A stretch of 64,000 nt of DNA from Myxococcota bacterium (GTDB taxonomy: Bacteria; Myxococcota_A; UBA796; UBA2385), in NCBI GenBank assembly GCA_044344255.1, contig JBIJDH010000002.1, forward strand, positions 480,001 to 544,000. The letters run 5' to 3'. Positions 60,335 through 64,000 of the stretch are shown here, one piece after another; the first letter of the stretch is position 1; the number at the start of each line of letters is the position of its first letter. The notes under the pieces are model-generated. The model had not been told where the DNA came from, did no database searches, and saw only the letters and a list, made by a program, of their open reading frames with translations. Position numbers and translations under genes: made by a program.

Positions 60335-61656
60335 GCCGCCACCTCATCGCTCTTGAGCGGGGGACGAACGAGCTCCTTGATCTCCGCGATGGCGACCGCG
60401 GGGAGCACCTTGCAGAAGGCCGTGAACCAGAAGAAGAACCAGCCGAAGCTCCCGATGAGGATTCCGATCTCCACCCAAGTCGGGGTGTAGTAGGTCCAGG
60501 AGTTGGGGTCGAACTGGTGGGCCAGGGAGCTCGCGATGATGTTGAATCGCTCGAACCACATGCCGATGTTGATGACAATCGAGACGACGAACAGCGCCAC
60601 GTAGTTGGTCCGCATCTTCTTGAACCACCACACGAGCGGGATGATGCAGTTGCACGCCGCCATCATCCAGAACACCCACCAATAGTCTCCGGTGATGCGG
60701 TACACGAAGATGTCCCACTCGTACTTGTTGTCCGAGTAGTAGGCGACGTAGTGCTCCATCCCGTAGGCGTAGGTGAGGATGCCGCCGGTGAGGAGGCACA
60801 TCTTGGCCAGGTGCTCGAAGTGCCAGAGGTTGATGTACTTCTCGAGGCTGAACAGCTTGGACAGGGGGAGCAGGATGGTGATGACCATCGCGCAGCCGGA
60901 GAAGATGGCACCGCCGACGAAGTAGGGAGGGAACAGCGTGGAGTGCCAACCGGCGGTCTGTGCCATCGCGAAGTCCCAGGACACCACCGAGTGCACCGAC
61001 AACACCAGCGGGGTCGCGAAAGCCGCGAAGAAGCCGTAGGCCGCCATGTAGTGGCGCCACTGCCGATCCGTGCCACGCCAGCCGATCGCGAGGGCCTTGT
61101 AGACCTCATGAATCGCACCCTTGGTGCGGTCCCGAATCGCAGCGATGTCAGGGACGAGGCCGATGTAGAAGAAGATGGTGGACACGGTGAAGTACGTCGA
61201 GACCGCGAACACGTCCCACATCAGCGGCGACTTGAAGTTCTGCCAGAGCTGCCGCTGGTTGGGGTACGGGAACAGCCAGTAGGCGTTCCAAGCTCGCCCG
61301 ACGTGGATGGCCGGAAAGAGGGCGGCGGTCATGACGCCGAAGATCGTAGAGGCCTCCGCCGCACGGTAGATGCCCGTTCGCCACTTCGACCGGAAGAGGA
61401 AGAGGATCGCGGAGATCAGGGTGCCAGCGTGGCCGATGCCGATCCAGAACACGAAGGTCGTGATGTAGACGCCCCAGAAGACCGGAGGGGCGTAGCCCGC
61501 GGTTCCCAGACCGTAGGTGAGCTGGTACAACCAGCAGAAGCCGCCCCAGCCCAGGGCCGCGACGCACAGCCCCATCAGGCTCCAATAGGCCATCGAGGGC
61601 TTGAAGAGAGGGCGCAGGATGTCACGTGTGACTGCGCCGTAGGTCAGGCCTTTCAC
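60331..61656 (-). CDS. actC: Alternative complex III quinol-oxidising subunit ActC (NrfD family)
   Basis: FVFWIGIGHAGTLISAIL, SPLMWDVFAVSTY and LVLSVHSVVSWDFA..GWHST.FPPYFV motifs. Confidence 0.95.
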   Translation of the reverse strand: MKGLTYGAVTRDILRPLFKPSMAYWSLMGLCVAALGWGGFCWLYQLTYGLGTAGYAPPVFWGVYITTFVFWIGIGHAGTLISAILFLFRSKWRTGIYRAAEASTIFGVMTAALFPAIHVGRAWNAYWLFPYPNQRQLWQNFKSPLMWDVFAVSTYFTVSTIFFYIGLVPDIAAIRDRTKGAIHEVYKALAIGWRGTDRQWRHYMAAYGFFAAFATPLVLSVHSVVSWDFAMAQTAGWHSTLFPPYFVGGAIFSGCAMVITILLPLSKLFSLEKYINLWHFEHLAKMCLLTGGILTYAYGMEHYVAYYSDNKYEWDIFVYRITGDYWWVFWMMAACNCIIPLVWWFKKMRTNYVALFVVSIVINIGMWFERFNIIASSLAHQFDPNSWTYYTPTWVEIGILIGSFGWFFFWFTAFCKVLPAVAIAEIKELVRPPLKSDEVAA

Positions 61657-61665
61657 GGTGCGCTC

Positions 61666-64000
61666 CTACTCTGCCTTGTGACCGTGGGCTTCGCCGGCGG
61701 GGGCGGAGTGTTCAGCGTCGCCGCCGTGCCCTCCCCCGTGATGAAGCTTGCTCGGGTTGTGATGGATGCGGGCCAGGTACCGGACGCCCGGCTTCGTGTT
61801 GAGCTCGCCCAGCATCGTGTAGGCGCGCTCGTCCTGGAACTTGTGGTGAACCTCACCCTCGCCGTCCTTGACGTTACCGAAGGTGATCGCGTCGGCCGGG
61901 CAGGCTTGCGCGCAGGCCGTGATCCGACGGAGCGCCTCGTTCGGAACCACCGCGTGGTCGCGGTCCCGATAGGTGTCCTTGGCCTCGCGGAGGCGTTGGA
62001 CACAGAAGGTGCACTTCTCCATCACGCCCATCTCCCGGGTGCTGACATCCGGGTTGAGCATCAGGTTGAAGGACTCGGGCCACTTGAAGCTGTGGTAGTT
62101 GAAGCGCCGCGCCGTGTACGGGCAGTTGTTTCCGCAGTAGCGCGTGCCCACGCAGCGGTTGTAGATCATCGCGTTCAGCCCGTCGAGGTTGTGGTAGGTC
62201 GCGAGGACCGGACACACACCTTCACAGGGAGCGTGACTACAGTGCTGGCACATCGTGGGCTGGAAGCGGACATCGGGGTGATCGTCGCCGCCCTCCCAGT
62301 ACCGAGAGAGGCGAATCCAACCCATGTGCCGGGACTTCTTGATCTGCTCAGGGCCCACCACGGCGAGGTTGTTCTCGGCGTAACAAGCGGCTTCACAGGC
62401 ACCACAGCCGGTACATCGATTCAGATCGAAGGCCATCGCGAAGCGGTACGTCGGGTGGTCTGGCTCCGGGTACATGTCCGTGAGCTTCGCCTTGATCAGC
62501 CGCTCGTCCACCGGCACTTCATGAATCGGGACGATGCTCGCCGGCTTGTCGCCCTTCCCGAGATCATCCTTGGAGACCACGTAGTTGATACCACGCCCCT
62601 CCATCGTGAAGGACCCGAGGTAAGGGTGAAGCGCACTCGGCTTGCCAGAGCGCTTGACCTCGCCGCGCGTGGAGACGTACGAGAGGGCGCCCGAAGCGCT
62701 GTCCACGACTGTGGGGATCAGGCGCAGCGGGTTCTTGCCGAAGCGCGTGTATCGCCCCGACGCCTCGTGCCCATTGCCCATGACCAGCCCGATGACGTCC
62801 TTTCGGATCCCCGGGTAGGCGAACCATCCGACCTCGATCTCTCCCTGAGCCGTCTGGACGGTGACCCCGTCGTCCTTGCTCAGGCCAAGCTTCTCGGCCG
62901 TCTCCGGGTGGATCTCCACCCAGGTGCCCCAGGTGAAAGAGCTCAAGGGCTCGGGGATCTCCTGGGCCCAAGGCTTGTTCGCGTGGCGACCGTCGTAGAT
63001 GAACGGGTGAGGGAAGAGCGCCACCACCACCCCGGCGCCGTCGGGCGTGACCGAGGCGGAGGAGGGGGCAGCCCCGAGCTGGAAGGTCGCTCCGGTGCCC
63101 GGCCGCTCTTGGAAGAAGCCTCCCTTCTGCAAGCTGGACGTCCAGAACGCCTGGGGCGTGGCCGAGCTCCCCGCTTTGGTCCAGATCTCGCTCACCCAGC
63201 GGGCCGCGAGGTAGTCGTGGAAGGTCGCCGCGTCGAGCCGCGGCCCGACCGGCGCAGGGGGCGGAGCCGCGGCCGCCGCGCTCGAGCCATCGGCGGACTG
63301 GGTGGACGTTGTGGAAGTCGGGGCGGTCACGGGGGCCACCACAGCCTCGGGGGCGGCCTGAAGACCGAGGCCCTTCGCGACCGCCAGGAGCGTGTCGCCC
63401 ACCGAGCGAGTCTGGTGGATCGGCTTCATCGTGGGCTGCTGGAGCGTGTACCGGCCGAAGATCTCCTCGCCGTCTCCCCACGTCTCGAGGGTGGTCCCGG
63501 GCGGGAGCACGATGGCCTTAGGGTTGAGGGAGTCGGAAGGCTCGTTGGTGAAGACCACCAGCTGTCCGACCGACGCCAGGGCTTCGCGAGCGCCAGCGTC
63601 TACGGGGGTGCCGTGCACAATGTCGAGCTCGTCGAGGAAGAGGACCCCGACGTTACCCGCCTTGCAGTCGTCGAGGAGCGCCTTGACGTCCGCGAAGGTG
63701 CTGAATCCCTCCGTGTTCGGGTGATTGCCGAAGACCACGGTGGTGCCGATGTTCCCGGCCACCTCATTGAGCAACAGGACCGCGGTGTCAAGCGCGCTGG
63801 CCGCCGAGGAGGTCGCGGTGCCGCTCGGTAGGACTACGCTCGAGGCCTCGGCCATCCAGGCGGCCGTCTGCTGAAGTTTCCCGATGTCCACGCCCGCCTG
63901 GCTCGCCAGCGCCGCGGCGTCGAGCCCGGCCACCAGACCCGCCGCAGGACCGGAGTAGCTGCGCGCCGTCGCGACCAGCGAAGCCAGCGCCAGGGCGACC
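61666..64000 (-). CDS. actB: Alternative complex III subunit ActB (molybdopterin-fold + Fe-S domain), 5' part outside the window
   Basis: DGRHANKPWAQEIP; CTGCGACEAAC, CQHC..APC..VCP, CVGTRYCGNNCP and CTFC...CAQACP; frame stays open to the window edge. Confidence 0.93.
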   Translation of the reverse strand, partial: VALALASLVATARSYSGPAAGLVAGLDAAALASQAGVDIGKLQQTAAWMAEASSVVLPSGTATSSAASALDTAVLLLNEVAGNIGTTVVFGNHPNTEGFSTFADVKALLDDCKAGNVGVLFLDELDIVHGTPVDAGAREALASVGQLVVFTNEPSDSLNPKAIVLPPGTTLETWGDGEEIFGRYTLQQPTMKPIHQTRSVGDTLLAVAKGLGLQAAPEAVVAPVTAPTSTTSTQSADGSSAAAAAPPPAPVGPRLDAATFHDYLAARWVSEIWTKAGSSATPQAFWTSSLQKGGFFQERPGTGATFQLGAAPSSASVTPDGAGVVVALFPHPFIYDGRHANKPWAQEIPEPLSSFTWGTWVEIHPETAEKLGLSKDDGVTVQTAQGEIEVGWFAYPGIRKDVIGLVMGNGHEASGRYTRFGKNPLRLIPTVVDSASGALSYVSTRGEVKRSGKPSALHPYLGSFTMEGRGINYVVSKDDLGKGDKPASIVPIHEVPVDERLIKAKLTDMYPEPDHPTYRFAMAFDLNRCTGCGACEAACYAENNLAVVGPEQIKKSRHMGWIRLSRYWEGGDDHPDVRFQPTMCQHCSHAPCEGVCPVLATYHNLDGLNAMIYNRCVGTRYCGNNCPYTARRFNYHSFKWPESFNLMLNPDVSTREMGVMEKCTFCVQRLREAKDTYRDRDHAVVPNEALRRITACAQACPADAITFGNVKDGEGEVHHKFQDERAYTMLGELNTKPGVRYLARIHHNPSKLHHGGGHGGDAEHSAPAGEAHGHKAE

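Noticed and set aside
60517..63831. 1104-aa + strand ORF and many other long overlapping ORFs (e.g. 19289-21859, 48111-50213, 55663-57849, 25332-27203)
   Set aside because: They are antisense or alternate-frame shadows of well-supported genes, expected at this GC content, and carry no motifs

Overview
This is a 64-kb, very GC-rich, gene-dense chromosomal window with about 52 protein-coding genes. I recognised no rRNA, tRNA, CRISPR array, transposase or integrase. A MYXO-CTERM-like tail, TIGR02266/PilZ-like and DUF4388-like domains and Asp/Thr-repeat lipoproteins suggest a Myxococcota (deltaproteobacterial) host; this is an inference. Housekeeping loci include purC-purS-purQ-purL-purF, tgt, efp, a fabG-like gene, sppA, a cyclophilin, a stand-alone mreB paralog and the 3' part of an alternative complex III operon (actB-C-D-E-F, truncated at the right edge). 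The most interesting accessory loci are: (i) a photolyase operon preceded by 11-bp-periodic TnnACA repeats resembling a CarH/LitR operator, followed on the same strand by a translationally coupled pentaheme cytochrome c lipoprotein and multicopper oxidase lipoprotein; (ii) a deacetylase / Zn-finger-TerB / MoxR / DUF58 / Lys-Asp-stalk membrane protein / degenerate prenyltransferase-like operon; (iii) a CAP / beta-barrel / metallopeptidase-propeller-Omp85 / lytic transglycosylase envelope cluster; (iv) a collagen-stalked diheme cytochrome c lipoprotein with a sigma54-like promoter; (v) an Hsp70-PilZ fusion near a protein with a J-like domain lacking HPD. There are also several small tandem repeats at promoters and stop codons. 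All calls come from reading motifs by eye; no database searches were run.
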